Source of the DNA: Eledone cirrhosa
Taxonomy: Eukaryota
Assembly: GCA_964016885.1 (NCBI GenBank)
Contig: OZ024742.1
Coordinates: 162,812,001-162,876,000, forward strand
Length of the DNA: 64,000 bases
Direction of reading: 5' to 3'
Of this stretch, positions 38,901 through 53,846 are shown in pieces. The notes beneath the pieces are model-generated. The model made no database searches, was not told the origin of the DNA, and worked only from the letters and a program-made list of their open reading frames with translations. A program made the position numbers and the translations under genes. How positions within the stretch are numbered: position 1 is the stretch's first letter; each line of letters opens with the position of its first letter.

Positions 38901-41010
38901 ATCTCCCCCTGATTTTTTTTTACAAATTATCTCCCCCTGATTTTTTTTTACGAATCATCTCCCCCTGATTTTTTTTTAGAAATTATCTCCGCCTGATTTT
39001 TTTTTAAAAATTATCTCCCCTTGGACGGCTAGAAATTACCTCTCCTTGGACGGCTGAAAATTATCTCCCCTTGGACGGCTGCAAATTATCTCCCCTTGAT
39101 TTTTTAACAAATTATCTCCCCCTGATTTTTTTTTACAAATTATCTCCCCCTGATTTTTTTTTACAAATTATCTACGCCTAATTTTTTTTACAAATTATCT
39201 CCCCCTGATTTTTTTTTACAAATTATCTCCCCCTGATTTTTTTTACAAATTATCTCCCCCTGATTTTTTTTTACAAATTATCCCCCTGATTTTTTTACAA
39301 ATTATCTCCCCTCTGATTTTTTTTACAATCTCCGCCTGATTTTTTAAAAAATTATCTTCCCTTGGCTGGCGGGAAATTATCTCCCCTTGGACGGCTGGAA
39401 ATTATATCCCCTTGGACGGCTGGAAATTACCTCCCCTTGGACAGCTGGAAATTATCTGCCCTTGATTTTGTTTTTACAAATTATCTCCCCCTGATTTTTT
39501 TTACAAATTATCTCCACCTGATTTTTTAAAAAATTATCTCCCTTTGGACGGCTGGAAATTATCTCCCCTTGATTTTTTTACAAATTATCTCCCCCTGATT
39601 TTTTTTACAAATTATCTCCCCCTGATTTTTTTACAAATTATCTCCCCCTGATTTTTTTTACAAATTATCTCCGCCTGATTTTTTTAAATATTATCTTCTC
39701 TTGGCTGGCGGGAAATTATCTCCCCTTGGACGGCTGAAAATTATCTCCCCTTGGACGGCTGGAAATTATCTCCCCTTGATTTTTTTTACAAATTATCTCC
39801 CCCTGATTTTTTTTTACAAATTATCTCCCCCTGATTTTTTTTTACAAATTATCTCCCCCTGATTTTTTTTTACAAATTATCTCCCCCTGATTTTTTTACA
39901 AATTATCTCCCCCTGATTTTTTTACAAATTATCTCCCCTTAGCTGGCTGGAAATTATCTCCCCTTGGAGGCTGGAATTTATCTCCCCTTGGACGGCTAGA
40001 AATTACCTCTCCTTGGACGGCTGGAAAATATGTCCTTGGACGGCTGGATATTATCTACCCTTGGACGGCTGGAAATTATCTCCCCTTGGACGGCTGGAAA
40101 TTATCTCCCCTTGGACGGCTAGATATTAGCTCCCCTAGGACGGCTGGAAATTATCTCCCCTTGATTTTTTTTACAAATTATCTCCCCCTGATTTTTTTTT
40201 ACAAATTATCACCCCCTGATTTTTTTTTACAAATTATCTACCCCTGATTTTTTTTTACAAATTATCTCCCCCTGATTTTTTTTACAAATTATCTCTCCCT
40301 GATTTTTTTTTACAAATTATCTCCCCCTGATTTTTTTTTACAAATTATCTACCCCTGATTTTTTTTTACAAATTATCTCCCCCTGATTTTTTTTACAAAT
40401 TATCTCCCCCTGATTTTTTTTACAAATTATCTCCCCCTGATTTTTTTACAAATTATCTCCCCCCGATTTTTTTTACAAATTATCTCCGCCTAATTTTTTT
40501 AAATATTATCTTCCCTTGGCTGGCGGGAAATTATCTCCCCTTGGACGGCTGAAAATTATCTCCCCTTGGACGGCTGGAAATTATCTCCCCTTGATTTTTT
40601 TACAAATTATCTCCCCCTGATTATTTTTTACAAATTATCTCCCCCTGATTTTTTTTTACAAATTATCTCCCTCTGATTTTTTTTACAAATTATCTCCCCT
40701 TGGCTGGCTGGAAATTATCTCCCCTTGGAGGCTGGAATTTATCTCCCCTTGGACGGTTAGAAATTACCTCTCCTTGGACGGCTGGAAATTATCTCCCCTT
40801 GGACGGCTGGAAATTATCTCCCCTTGGACAGCTGGAAATTATCTCTCCTCGGACGACTAGAAATTACCTCTCCTTGGACAGCTGAAAATTATCTCCCCTT
40901 GGACGGCTGGAAATTATCTCCCCTTGATTTTTTTTACAAATTATCTCCCCCTGATTTTTTTTACAAATTATCTCCCCCTAATTTTTTTTTACAAATTATC
41001 TCCCCCTGAT
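36000..41010 (+). repeat. HOR family II, copy 2 (truncated at ~41,010)
   Basis: Markers CCATGG at 37807 and CCTAGG at 40134. Lacks the GACTGCTGGAAAATATGTCTCC unit near 40778 and diverges from the family II order after ~41,010. Confidence 0.8.
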
Positions 41011-44000
41011 TTTTTTTACAAATTATCTCCCCCTGATATTTTTTACAAATTATCTCCCCCTGATTTTTTTACAAATTATCTCCCCTTGGCTGGCTGGAAA
41101 TTATCTCCCCTTGGAGGCTGGAATTTATCTCCCCTTGGACGGCTAGAAATTACCTCGCCTTGGACGGCTGGAAAATATGTCTCCTTGGACGGCTGGAAAT
41201 TATCTCCCCTTGGACGGCTGGAAATTATCTCCCCTTGGACGGCTGGAAATTATCTCCCCTTGGACGGCTAGATATTACCTCCCCTTGGACGGCTGGAAAT
41301 TATCTCCCCTTGATTTTTTTTACAATTTATCTCCCCCTAATTTTTTTTTACAAATTATCTCCCCCTGATTTTTTTTTACGAATTATCTCACCCTGATTTT
41401 TTTTTACAAATTATCTCCGCCTGATTTTTTTTTAAAAATTATCTCCCCTTGAACGGCTGGAAATTATCTCCCCTTGGACGGCTGGAAATTATCTCCCCTT
41501 GGACGGCTAGAAATTACCTCTCCTTGGACGGCTGAAAATTATCTCCCCTTGGACGGCTGCAAATTATCTCCCCTTGATTTTTTAACAAATTATCTCCCCC
41601 TGATTTTTTTTTACAAATTATCTCCCCCTGATTTTTTTTTACAAATTATCTACGCCTAATTTTTTTTACTAATTATCTCCCCCTGATTTTTTTTTACAAA
41701 TTATCTCCCCCTGATTTTTTTTACAAATTATCTCCCCCTGATTTTTTTTTACAAATTATTTCCCCCTGATTTTTTTACAAATTATCTCCACCCTGATTTT
41801 TTTTACAATCTCCGCCTGATTTTTTAAAAAATTATCTTCCCTTGGCTGGCGGGAAATTATCTCCCCTTGGACGGCTGGAAATTATATCCCCTTGGAAGGA
41901 TGGAAATTATCTCCCCTTGGACGGCTGGAAATCATCTCCCCTTGGACGGCTGGAAATTATCTCCCCTTGGACAGCTGGAAATTATCTGCCCTTGATTTTG
42001 TTTTTACAAATTATCTACCCCTGATTTTTTTTACAAATTATCTCCACCTGATTTTTAAAAAAATTATCTTCCCTTGGACGGCTGGAAATTATCTCCCCTT
42101 GGACGGCTGAAAATTATCTCCCCTTGGACGGCTGGAAATTATCTCCCCTTGATTTTTTTTACAAATTATCTCCCCCTGATTTTTTTTTACAAATTATCTC
42201 CCCCTGATTTTTTTTTACAAATTATCTCCCCCTGATTTTTTTTTACAAATTATCTCACCCTGATTTTTTTTACAAATTATCTCCCCCTGATTTTTTTACA
42301 AATTATCTCCCCTTGGCTGGCTGGAAATTATCTCCCCTTGGAGGCTGGAATTTATCTCCCCTTGGACGGCTAGAAATTACCTCTCCTTGGAAGGCTGGAA
42401 AATATGTCTCCTTGGACGGCTGGATATTATCTACCCTTGGACGGCTGGAAATTATCTCCCCTTGGACGGCTGGAAATTATCTCCCCTTGGACGGCTAGAT
42501 ATTACCTCCCCTTGGACGGCTGGAAATTATCTCCCCCTGATTTTTTTACAAATTATCTCCCCCTGATTTTTTTTACAAATTATCTCCGCCTAATTTTTTT
42601 AAATATTATCTTCCCTTGGCTGGCGGGAAATTATCTCCCCTTGGACGTCTGAAAATTATCTCCCCTTGGACGGCTGGAAATTATCTCCCCTTGATTTTTT
42701 TTTACAAATTATCTCCCCCTGATTTTTTTTTACAAATTATCTCCCCCTGATTTTTTTTACAAATTATCTCCACCTGATTTTTTAAAAAATTATCTCCCCT
42801 TGGACGGCTGGAAATTATCTCCCCTTGATTTTTTTACAAATTATCTCCCCCTGATTTTTTTTACAAATTATCTCCCCCTGATTTTTTTTTACGAATTATC
42901 TCCCCCTGATTTTTTTTTATAAATTATCTCCGCCTGATTTTTTTTTAAAAATTATCTCCCCTTGAACGGCTGGAAATTATCTCCCCTTGGACGGCTGGAA
43001 ATTATCTCCCCTTGGACGGCTAGAAATTACCTCTCCTTGGACGGCTGAAAATTATCTCCCCTTGGACGGCTGCAAATTATCTCCCCTTGATTTTTTAACA
43101 AATTATCTCCCCCTGATTTTTTTTTACAAATTATCTCCCCCTGATTTTTTTTACAAATTATCTACGCCTAATTTTTTTTACAAATTATCTCCCCCTGATT
43201 TTTTTTTACAAATTATCTCCCCCTGATTTTTTTTACAAATTATCTCCCCCTGATTTTTTTTTACAAATTATTTCCCCCTGATTTTTTTATAAATTATCTC
43301 CCCCCTGATTTTTTTTACAATCTCCGCCTGATTTTTTTAAAAATTATCTTCCCTTGGCTGGCGGGAAATTATCTCCCCTTGGACGGCTGGAAATTATATC
43401 CCCTTGGACGGCTGGAAATTACCTCCCCTTGGACAGCTGGAAATTATCTGCCCTTGATTTTGTTTTTACAAATTATCTCCCCCTGATTTTTTTTACAAAT
43501 TATCTCCACCTGATTTTTTAAAAAATTATCTCCCCTTGGACGGCTGGAAATTATCTCCCCTTGATTTTTTTACAAATTATCTCCCCCTGATTTTTTTTAC
43601 AAATTATCTCCCCCTGATTTTTTTTTTACAAATTATCTCCCCCTGATTTTTTTACAAATTATCTCCCCCTGATTTTTTTTATAAATTATCTCCGCCTGAT
43701 TTTTTTAAATATTATCTTCCCTTGGCTGGCGGGAAATTATCTCCCCTTGGACGGCTGAAAATTATCTCCCCTTGGACGGCTGGAAATTATCTCCCCTTGA
43801 TTTTTTTACAAATTATCTCCCCCTGATTTTTTTTACAAATTATCTCCCCCTGATTTTTTTTACGAATTATCTCCCCCTGATTTTTTTTTACAAATTATCT
43901 GCCCCTGATTTTTTTTACAAATTATCTCCCCCTGATTTTTTTACAAATTATCTCCCCTTGGCTGGCTGGAAATTATCTCCCCTTGGAGGCTGGAATTTAT

Positions 44001-47000
44001 CTCCCCTTGGAGGGCTAGAAATTACCTCGCCTTGGACGGCTGGAAAATATTTCTCCTTGGACGGCTGGATATTATCTACCCTTGGACGGGTGGAAATTAT
44101 CTCCCCTTGGACGGCTGGAAATTATCTCCCCTTGGACGGCTAGATATTACCTCCCCTTGGACGGCTGGAAATTATCTCCCCTTGATTTTTTTTACAAATT
44201 ATCTCCCCCTGATTTTTTTTTTACAAATTATCTCCCCCTGATTTTTTTACAAATTATCTCCCCCTGATTTTTTTTACAAATTATCTCCGCCTGATTTTTT
44301 TAAATATTATCTTCTCTTGGCTGGCGGGAAATTATCTCCCCTTGGACGGCTGAAAATTATCTCCCCTTGGACGGCTGGAAATTATCTCCCCTTGATTTTT
44401 TTTACAAATTATCTCCCCCTGATTTTTTTTTACAAATTATCTCCCCCTGATTTTTTTTTACAAATTATCTCCCCCTGATTTTTTTTTACAAATTATCTCC
44501 CCCTGATTTTTTTTTACAAATTATCTCCCCTTGATTTTTTTACAAATTATCTCCCCTTAGCTGGCTGGAAATTATCTCCCCTTGGAGGCTGGAATTTATC
44601 TCCCCTTGGACGGCTAGAAATTACCTCTCCTTGGACGGCTGGAAAATATGTCCTTGGACGGCTGGATATTATCTACCCTTGGACGGCTGGAAATTATCTC
44701 CCCTTGGACGGCTGGAAATTATCTCCCCTTGGACGGCTAGATATTACCTCCCCTTGGACGGCTGGAAATTATCTCCCCTTGATTTTTTTTACAAATTATC
44801 TCCCCCTGATTTTTTTTTACAAATTATCTCCCCCTGATTTTTTTTTACAAATTATCTACCCCTGATTTTTTTTTTACAAATTATCTCCCCCTGATTTTTT
44901 TTACAAATTATCTCTCCCTGATTTTTTTTTACAAATTATCTCCCCCTGATTTTTTTTTACAAATTATCTACCCCTGATTTTTTTTTACAAATTATCTCCC
45001 CCTGATTTTTTTTACAAATTATTTCCCCCTGATTTTTTTTACAAATTATCTCCCCCTGATTTTTTTACAAATTATCTCCCCCCGATTTTTTTTACAAATT
45101 ATCTCCGCCTAATTTTTTTAAATATTATCTTCCCTTGGCTGGCGGGAAATTATCTCCCCTTGGACGGCTGAAAATTATCTCCCCTTGGACGGCTGGAAAT
45201 TATCTCCCCTTGATTTTTTTACAAATTATCTCCCCCTGATTATTTTTTACAAATTATCTCCCCCTGATTTTTTTTTACAAATTATCTCCCCCTGATTTTT
45301 TTACAAATTATCTCCCCTTGGCTGGCTGGAAATTATCTCCCCTTGGAGGCTGGAATTTATCTCCCCTTGGACGGTTAGAAATTACCTCTCCTTGGACTGC
45401 TGGAAAATATGTCTCCTTGGACGGCTGGAAATTATCTCCCCTGCGACGGCTGGAAATTATCTCCCCTTGGACGGCTGGAAATTATCTCTCCTCGGACGAC
45501 TAGAAATTACCTCTCCTTGGACAGCTGAAAATTATCTCCCCTTGGACGGCTGGAAATTATCTCCCCTTGATTTTTTTTACAAATTATCTCCCTCTGATTT
45601 TTTTTTACAAATTATCTCCCCCTGATTTTATTTTACAAATTATCTCCCCCTGATTTTTTTTACAAATTATCTGCCCCTGATATTTTTTACAAATTATCTC
45701 CCCCTGATTTTTTTACAAATTATCTCCCCTTGGCTGGCTGGAAATTATCTCCCCTTGGAGGCTGGAATTTATCTCCCCTTGGACGGCTAGAAATTACCTC
45801 GCCTTGGACGGCTGGAAAATATGTCTCCTTGGACGGCTGGAAATTATCTCCCCTTGGACGGCTGGAAATTATCTCCCCTTGGACGGCTAGATATTACCTC
45901 CCCTTGGACGGCTGGAAATTATCTCCCCTTGATTTTTTTTACAAATTATCTCCGCCTGATTTTTTTTTACAAATTATCTCCCCCTGATTTTTTTTACAAA
46001 TTATCTCCCCCTGATTTTTTTACAAATTATCTCCCCCCGATTTTTTTTACAAATTATATCCGCCTAATTTTTTTAAATATTATCTTCCCTTGGCTGGCGG
46101 GAAATTATCTCCCCTTGGACGGCTGAAAATTATCTCCCCTTGGACGGCTGGAAATTATCTCCCCTTGATTTTTTTACAAATTATCTCCCCCTGATTATTT
46201 TTTACAAATTATCTCCCCCTGATTTTTTTTTACAAATTATCTCCCTCTGATTTTTTTTACAAATTATCTCCCCTTGGCTGGCTGGAAATTATCTCCCCTT
46301 GGAGGCTGGAATTTATCTCCCCTTGGACGGTTAGAAATTACCTCTCCTTGGACTGCTGGAAAATATGTCTCCTTGGACGGCTGGAAATTATCTCCCCTTG
46401 GACGGCTGGAAATTATCTCCCCTTGGACGGCTGGAAATTATCTCTCCTCGGACGACTAGAAATTACCTCTCCTTGGACAGCTGAAAATTATCTCCCCTTG
46501 GACGGCTGGAAATTATCTCCCCTTGATTTTTTTTACAAATTATCTCCCCCTGATTTTTTTTACAAATTATCTCCCCCTGATTTTTTTTTACAAATTATCT
46601 CCCCCTGATATTTTTTACAAATTATCTCCCCCTGATATTTTTTACAAATTATCTCCCCCTGATTTTTTTACAAATTATCTCCCCTTGGCTGGCTGGAAAT
46701 GATCTCCCCTTGGAGGCTGGAATTTATCTCCCCTTGGACGGCTAGAAATTACCTCCCCTTGGACGGCTGGAAATTATCTCCCCTTGGACGGCTAGATATT
46801 ACCTCCCCTTGGACGGCTGGAAATTATCTCCCCTTGATTTTTTTTACAATTTATCTCCCCCTGATTTTTTTTTACAAATTATCTCCCCCTGATTTTTTTT
46901 ACGAATTATCTCCCCCTGATTTTTTTTTACAAATTATCTCCGCCTGATTTTTTTTTAAAAATTATCTCCCTTGAACGGCTGGAAATTATCTCCCCTTGGA

Positions 47001-47690
47001 CGGCTGGAAATTATCTCCCCTTGGACGGCTAGAAATTACCTCTCCTTGGACGGCTGAAAATTATCTCCCCTTGGACGGCTGCAAATTATCTCCCCTTGAT
47101 TTTTTAACAAATTATCTCCCCCTGATTTTTTTTTACAAATTATCTCCCCCTGATTTTTTTTTACAAATTATCTACGCCTAATTTTTTTTACAAATTATCT
47201 CCCCCTGATTTTTTTTTACAAATTATCTCCCCCTGATTTTTTTTACAAATTATCTCCACCTGATTTTTTTTTACAAATTATTTCCCCCTGATTTTTTTAC
47301 AAATTATCTCCCCCCTGATTTTTTTTACAATCTCCGCCTGATTTTTTTAAAAATTATCTTCCCTTGGCTGGCGGGAAATTATCTCCCCTTGGACGGCTGG
47401 AAATTATATCCCCTTGGAAGGATGGAAATTATCTCCCCTTGGACGGCTGGAAATTATCTCCCCTTGGACGGCTGGAAATTATCTCCCCTTGGACAGCTGG
47501 AAATTATCTGCCCTTGATTTTGTTTTTACAAATTATCTCCCCCTGATTTTTTTTACAAATTATCTCCACCTGATTTTTAAAAAAATTATCTCCCCTTGGA
47601 CGGCTGGAAATTATCTCCCCTTGATTTTTTTACAAATTATCTCCCCCTGATTTTTTTTACAAATTATCTCCCCCTGATTTTTTTTACAAA
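41011..47690 (+). repeat. Less-homogenised mosaic segment of the same satellite with private variants
   Basis: No CCTAGG or CCATGG markers. The module at 41474 recurs at 42987 (+1,513) and 46996 (+5,522). ~44.8-46.6 kb resembles ~29.1-30.9 kb (offset ~15,686). Confidence 0.7.
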
Positions 47691-48229
47691 TTATCTCCCC
47701 CTGATTTTTTTACAAATTATCTCCCCCTGATTTTTTTTACAAATTATCTCCGCCTGATTTTTTTAAATATTATCTTCCCTTGGCTGGCGGGAAATTATCT
47801 CCCCTTGGACGGCTGAAAATTATCTCCCCTTGGACGGCTGGAAATTATCACCCCTTGATTTTTTTTACAAATTATCTCCCCCTGATTTTTTTTTACAAAT
47901 TATCTCCCCCTGATTTTTTTTTACAAATTATCTCCCCCTGATTTTTTTTTACAAATTATCTCACCCTGATTTTTTTTACAAATTATCTCCCCCTGATTTT
48001 TTTACAAATTATCTCCCCTTGGCTAGCTGGAAATTATCTCCCCTTGGAGGCTGGAATTTATCTCCCCTTGGACGGCTAGAAATTACCTCTCCTTGGACGG
48101 CTGGAAAATATGTCTCCTTGGACGGCTGGATATTATCTACCCTTGGACGGCTGGAAATTATCTCCCCTTGGACGGCTGGAAATTATCTCCCCTTGGACGG
48201 CTAGATATTACCTCCCCTTGGACGGCTGG

Positions 48230-51200
48230 AAATTATCTCCCCTTGATTTTTTTACAAATTATCTCCCCCTGATTATTTTTTACAAATTATCTCCCCCTGA
48301 TTTTTTTTTACAAATTATCTCCCTCTGATTTTTTTTACAAATTATCTCCCCTTGGCTGGCTGGAAATTATCTCCCCTTGGAGGCTGGAATTTATCTCCCC
48401 TTGGACGGTTAGAAATTACCTCTCCTTGGACTGCTGGAAAATATGTCTCCTTGGACGGCTGGAAATTATCTCCCCTTGGACGGCTGGAAATTATCTCCCC
48501 TTGGACGGCTGGAAATTATCTCTCCTCGGACGACTAGAAATTACCTCTCCTTGGACAGCTGAAAATTATCTCCCCTTGGACGGCTGGAAATTATCTCCCC
48601 TTGATTTTTTTTACAAATTATCTCCCCCTGATTTTTTTTACAAATTATCTCCCCCTGATTTTTTTTTACAAATTATCTCCACCTGATTTTTTTTTACAAA
48701 TTATCTGCCCCTGATTTTTTTAACAAATTATCTCCCCCTGATTTTTTTACAAATTATCTCCCCTTGGCTGGCTGGAAATTATCTCCCCTTGGAGGCTGGA
48801 ATTTATCTCCCTTTGGACGGCTAGAAATTACCTCTCCTTGGACGGCTGGAAAATATTTCTCCTTGGACGGCTGGATATTATCTACCCTTGGACGGGTGGA
48901 AATTATCTCCCCTTGGACGGCTGGAAATTATCTCCCCTTGGACGGCTAGATATTACCTCCCCTTGGACGGCTGGAAATTATCTCCCCTTGATTTTTTTTA
49001 CAAATTATCTCCCCCTGATTTTTTTTTACAAATTATCTCCCCCTGATTTTTTTACAAATTATCTCCCCCTGATTTTTTTTACAAATTATCTCCACCTGAT
49101 TTTTTTAAATATTATCTTCTCTTGGCTGGCGGGAAATTATCTCCCCTTGGACGGCTGAAAATTATCTCCCCTTGGACGGCTGGAAATTATCTCCCCTTGA
49201 TTTTTTTTACAAATTATCTCCCCCTGATTTTTTTTTACAAATTATCTCCCCCTGATTTTTTTTTACAAATTATCTCCCCCTGATTTTTTTTTACAAATTA
49301 TCTCCCCCTGATTTTTTTTACAAATTATCTCCCCCTGATTTTTTTACAAATTATCTCCCCTTAGCTGGCTGGAAATTATCTCCCCTTGGAGGCTGGAATT
49401 TATCTCCCCTTGGACGGCTAGAAATTACCTCTCCTTGGACGGCTGGAAAATATGTCCTTGGACGGCTGGATATTATCTACCCTTGGACGGCTGGAAATTA
49501 TCTCCCCTTGGACGGCTGGAAATTATCTCCCCTTGGACGGCTAGATATTAGCTCCCCTTGGACGGCTGGAAATTATCTACCCCTGATTTTTTTTTACAAA
49601 TTATCTCCCCCTGATTTTTTTTACAAATTATCTCTCCCTGATTTTTTTTTACAAATTATCTCCCCCTGATTTTTTTTTACAAATTATCTACCCCTGATTT
49701 TTTTTTACAAATTATCTCCCCCTGATTTTTTTTACAAATTATCTCCCCCTGATTTTTTTTACAAATTATCTCCCCCTGATTTTTTTACAAATTATCTCCC
49801 CCCGATTTTTTTTACAAATTATCTCCGCCTAATTTTTTTAAATATTATCTTCCCTTGGCTGGCGGGAAATTATCTCCCCTTGGACGGCTGAAAATTATCT
49901 CCCCTTGGACGGCTGGAAATTATCTCCCCTTGATTTTTTTTACAAATTATCTCCCCCTGATTTTTTTTTACAAATTATCTCCCCCTGATTTTTTTTTACA
50001 AATTATCTCCCCCTGATTATTTTTTACAAATTATCTCCCCCTGATTTTTTTTTACAAATTATCTCCCTCTGATTTTTTTTACAAATTATCTCCCCATGGC
50101 TGGCTGGAAATTATCTCCCCTTGGAGGCTGGAATTTATCTCCCCTTGGACGGTTAGAAATTACCTCTCCTTGGACTGCTGGAAAATATGTCTCCTTGGAC
50201 GGCTGGAAATTATCTCCCCTGGGACGGCTGGAAATTATCTCCCCTTGGACGGCTGGAAATTATCTCTCCTCGGACGACTAGAAATTACCTCTCCTTGGAC
50301 AGCTGAAAATTATCTCCCCTTGGACGGCTGGAAATTATCTCCCCTTGATTTTTTTTACAAATTATCTCCCCCTGATTTTTTTTTACAAATTATCTCCCCC
50401 TGATTTTATTTTACAAATTATCTCCCCCTGATTTTTTTTACAAATTATCTCCCCCTGATATTTTTTACAAATTATCTCCCCCTGATTTTTTTACAAATTA
50501 TCTCCCCTTGGCTGGCTGGAAATTATCTCCCCTTGGAGGCTGGAATTTATCTCCCCTTGGACGGCTAGAAATTACCTCGCCTTGGACGGCTGGAAAATAT
50601 GTCTCCTTGGACGGCTGGAAATTATCTCCCCTTGGACGGCTGGAAATTATCTCCCCTTGGACGGCTGGAAATTATCTCCCCTTGGACGGCTAGATATTAC
50701 CTCCCCTTGGACGGCTGGAAATTATCTCCCCTTGGTTTTTTTACAAATTATCTCCCCCTGATTTTTTTTTACAAATTATCTCCCCCTGATTTTTTTTTAC
50801 AAATTATCTCCCCCTGATTTTTTTTTACAAATTATCTCACCCTGATTTTTTTTACAAATTATCTCCCCCTGATTTTTTTACAAATTATCTCCCCTTGGCT
50901 GGCTGGAAATTATCTCCCCTTGGAGGCTGGAATTTATCTCCCCTTGGACGGCTAGAAATTACCTCTCCTTGGACGGCTGGAAAATATGTCTCCTTGGACG
51001 GCTGGATATTATCTACCCTTGGACGGCTGTAAATTATATCCCCTTGGACGGCTGGAAATTATCTCCCCTTGGACGGCTGGAAATTATCTCCCCTTGGACG
51101 GCTGGAAATTATCTCCCCTTGGACGGCTAGATATTACCTCCCCTTGGACGGCTGGAAATTATCTCCCCTTGATTTTTTTTACAAATTATCTCCCCCTGAT

Positions 51201-53846
51201 TTTTTTTTACAAATTATCTCCCCCTGATTTTTTTTTACGAATCATCTCCCCCTGATTTTTTTTTAGAAATTATCTCCGCCTGATTTTTTTTTAAAAATTA
51301 TCTCCCCTTGGACGGCTAGAAATTACCTCTCCTTGGACGGCTGAAAATTATCTCCCCTTGGACGGCTGCAAATTATCTCCCCTTGATTTTTTAACAAATT
51401 ATCTCCCCCTGATTTTTTTTTACAAATTATCTCCCCCTGATTTTTTTTTACAAATTATCTACGCCTAATTTTTTTTACAAATTATCTCCCCCTGATTTTT
51501 TTTTACAAATTATCTCCCCCTGATTTTTTTTACAAATTATCTCCCCCTGATTTTTTTTTACAAATTATCCCCCTGATTTTTTTACAAATTATCTCCCCTC
51601 TGATTTTTTTTACAATCTCCGCCTGATTTTTTAAAAAATTATCTTCCCTTGGCTGGCGGGAAATTATCTCCCCTTGGACGGCTGGAAATTATATCCCCTT
51701 GGACGGCTGGAAATTACCTCCCCTTGGACAGCTGGAAATTATCTGCCCTTGATTTTGTTTTTACAAATTATCTCCCCCTGATTTTTTTTACAAATTATCT
51801 CCACCTGATTTTTTAAAAAATTATCTCCCTTTGGACGGCTGGAAATTATCTCCCCTTGATTTTTTTACAAATTATCTCCCCCTGATTTTTTTTACAAATT
51901 ATCTCCCCCTGATTTTTTTACAAATTATCTCCCCCTGATTTTTTTTACAAATTATCTCCGCCTGATTTTTTTAAATATTATCTTCTCTTGGCTGGCGGGA
52001 AATTATCTCCCCTTGGACGGCTGAAAATTATCTCCCCTTGGACGGCTGGAAATTATCTCCCCTTGATTTTTTTTACAAATTATCTCCCCCTGATTTTTTT
52101 TTACAAATTATCTCCCCCTGATTTTTTTTTACAAATTATCTCCCCCTGATTTTTTTTTACAAATTATCTCCCCCTGATTTTTTTACAAATTATCTCCCCC
52201 TGATTTTTTTACAAATTATCTCCCCTTAGCTGGCTGGAAATTATCTCCCCTTGGAGGCTGGAATTTATCTCCCCTTGGACGGCTAGAAATTACCTCTCCT
52301 TGGACGGCTGGAAAATATGTCCTTGGACGGCTGGATATTATCTACCCTTGGACGGCTGGAAATTATCTCCACTTGGACGGCTGGAAATTATCTCCCCTTG
52401 GACGGCTAGATATTAGCTCCCCTAGGACGGCTGGAAATTATCTCCCCTTGATTTTTTTTACAAATTATCTCCCCCTGATTTTTTTTTACAAATTATCACC
52501 CCCTGATTTTTTTTTACAAATTATCTACCCCTGATTTTTTTTTACAAATTATCTCCCCCTGATTTTTTTTACAAATTATCTCTCCCTGATTTTTTTTTAC
52601 AAATTATCTCCCCCTGATTTTTTTTTACAAATTATCTACCCCTGATTTTTTTTTACAAATTATCTCCCCCTGATTTTTTTTACAAATTATCTCCCCCTGA
52701 TTTTTTTTACAAATTATCTCCCCCTGATTTTTTTACAAATTATCTCCCCCCGATTTTTTTTACAAATTATCTCCGCCTAATTTTTTTAAATATTATCTTC
52801 CCTTGGCTGGCGGGAAATTATCTCCCCTTGGACGGCTGAAAATTATCTCCCCTTGGACGGCTGGAAATTATCTCCCCTTGATTTTTTTACAAATTATCTC
52901 CCCCTGATTATTTTTTACAAATTATCTCCCCCTGATTTTTTTTTACAAATTATCTCCCTCTGATTTTTTTTACAAATTATCTCCCCTTGGCTGGCTGGAA
53001 ATTATCTCCCCTTGGAGGCTGGAATTTATCTCCCCTTGGACGGTTAGAAATTACCTCTCCTTGGACTGCTGGAAAATATGTCTCCTTGGACGGCTGGAAA
53101 TTATCTCCCCTTGGACGGCTGGAAATTATCTCCCCTTGGACAGCTGGAAATTATCTCTCCTCGGACGACTAGAAATTACCTCTCCTTGGACAGCTGAAAA
53201 TTATCTCCCCTTGGACGGCTGGAAATTATCTCCCCTTGATTTTTTTTACAAATTATCTCCCCCTGATTTTTTTTACAAATTATCTCCCCCTAATTTTTTT
53301 TTACAAATTATCTCCCCCTGATTTTTTTACAAATTATCTCCCCCTGATTTTTTTTACAAATTATCTCCGCCTGATTTTTTTAAATATTATCTTCCCTTGG
53401 CTGGCGGGAAATTATCTCCCCTTGGACGGCTGAAAATTATCTCCCCTTGGACGGCTGGAAATTATCACCCCTTGATTTTTTTTACAAATTATCTCCCCCT
53501 GATTTTTTTTTACAAATTATCTCCCCCTGATTTTTTTTTACAAATTATCTCCCCCTGATTTTTTTTTACAAATTATCTCACCCTGATTTTTTTTACAAAT
53601 TATCTCCCCCTGATTTTTTTACAAATTATCTCCCCTTGGCTAGCTGGAAATTATCTCCCCTTGGAGGCTGGAATTTATCTCCCCTTGGACGGCTAGAAAT
53701 TACCTCTCCTTGGACGGCTGGAAAATATGTCTCCTTGGACGGCTGGATATTATCTACCCTTGGACGGCTGGAAATTATCTCCCCTTGGACGGCTGGAAAT
53801 TATCTCCCCTTGGACGGCTAGATATTACCTCCCCTTGGACGGCTGG
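48230..53846 (+). repeat. HOR family II, copy 3 (5,617 bp; 57 bp of extra B units at ~49,920-50,000), preceded by a partial copy from ~47,690
   Basis: Offsets 48352/53969 = 5,617 and 50096/55656 = 5,560. Markers CCATGG at 50094 and CCTAGG at 52421. Confidence 0.85.
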
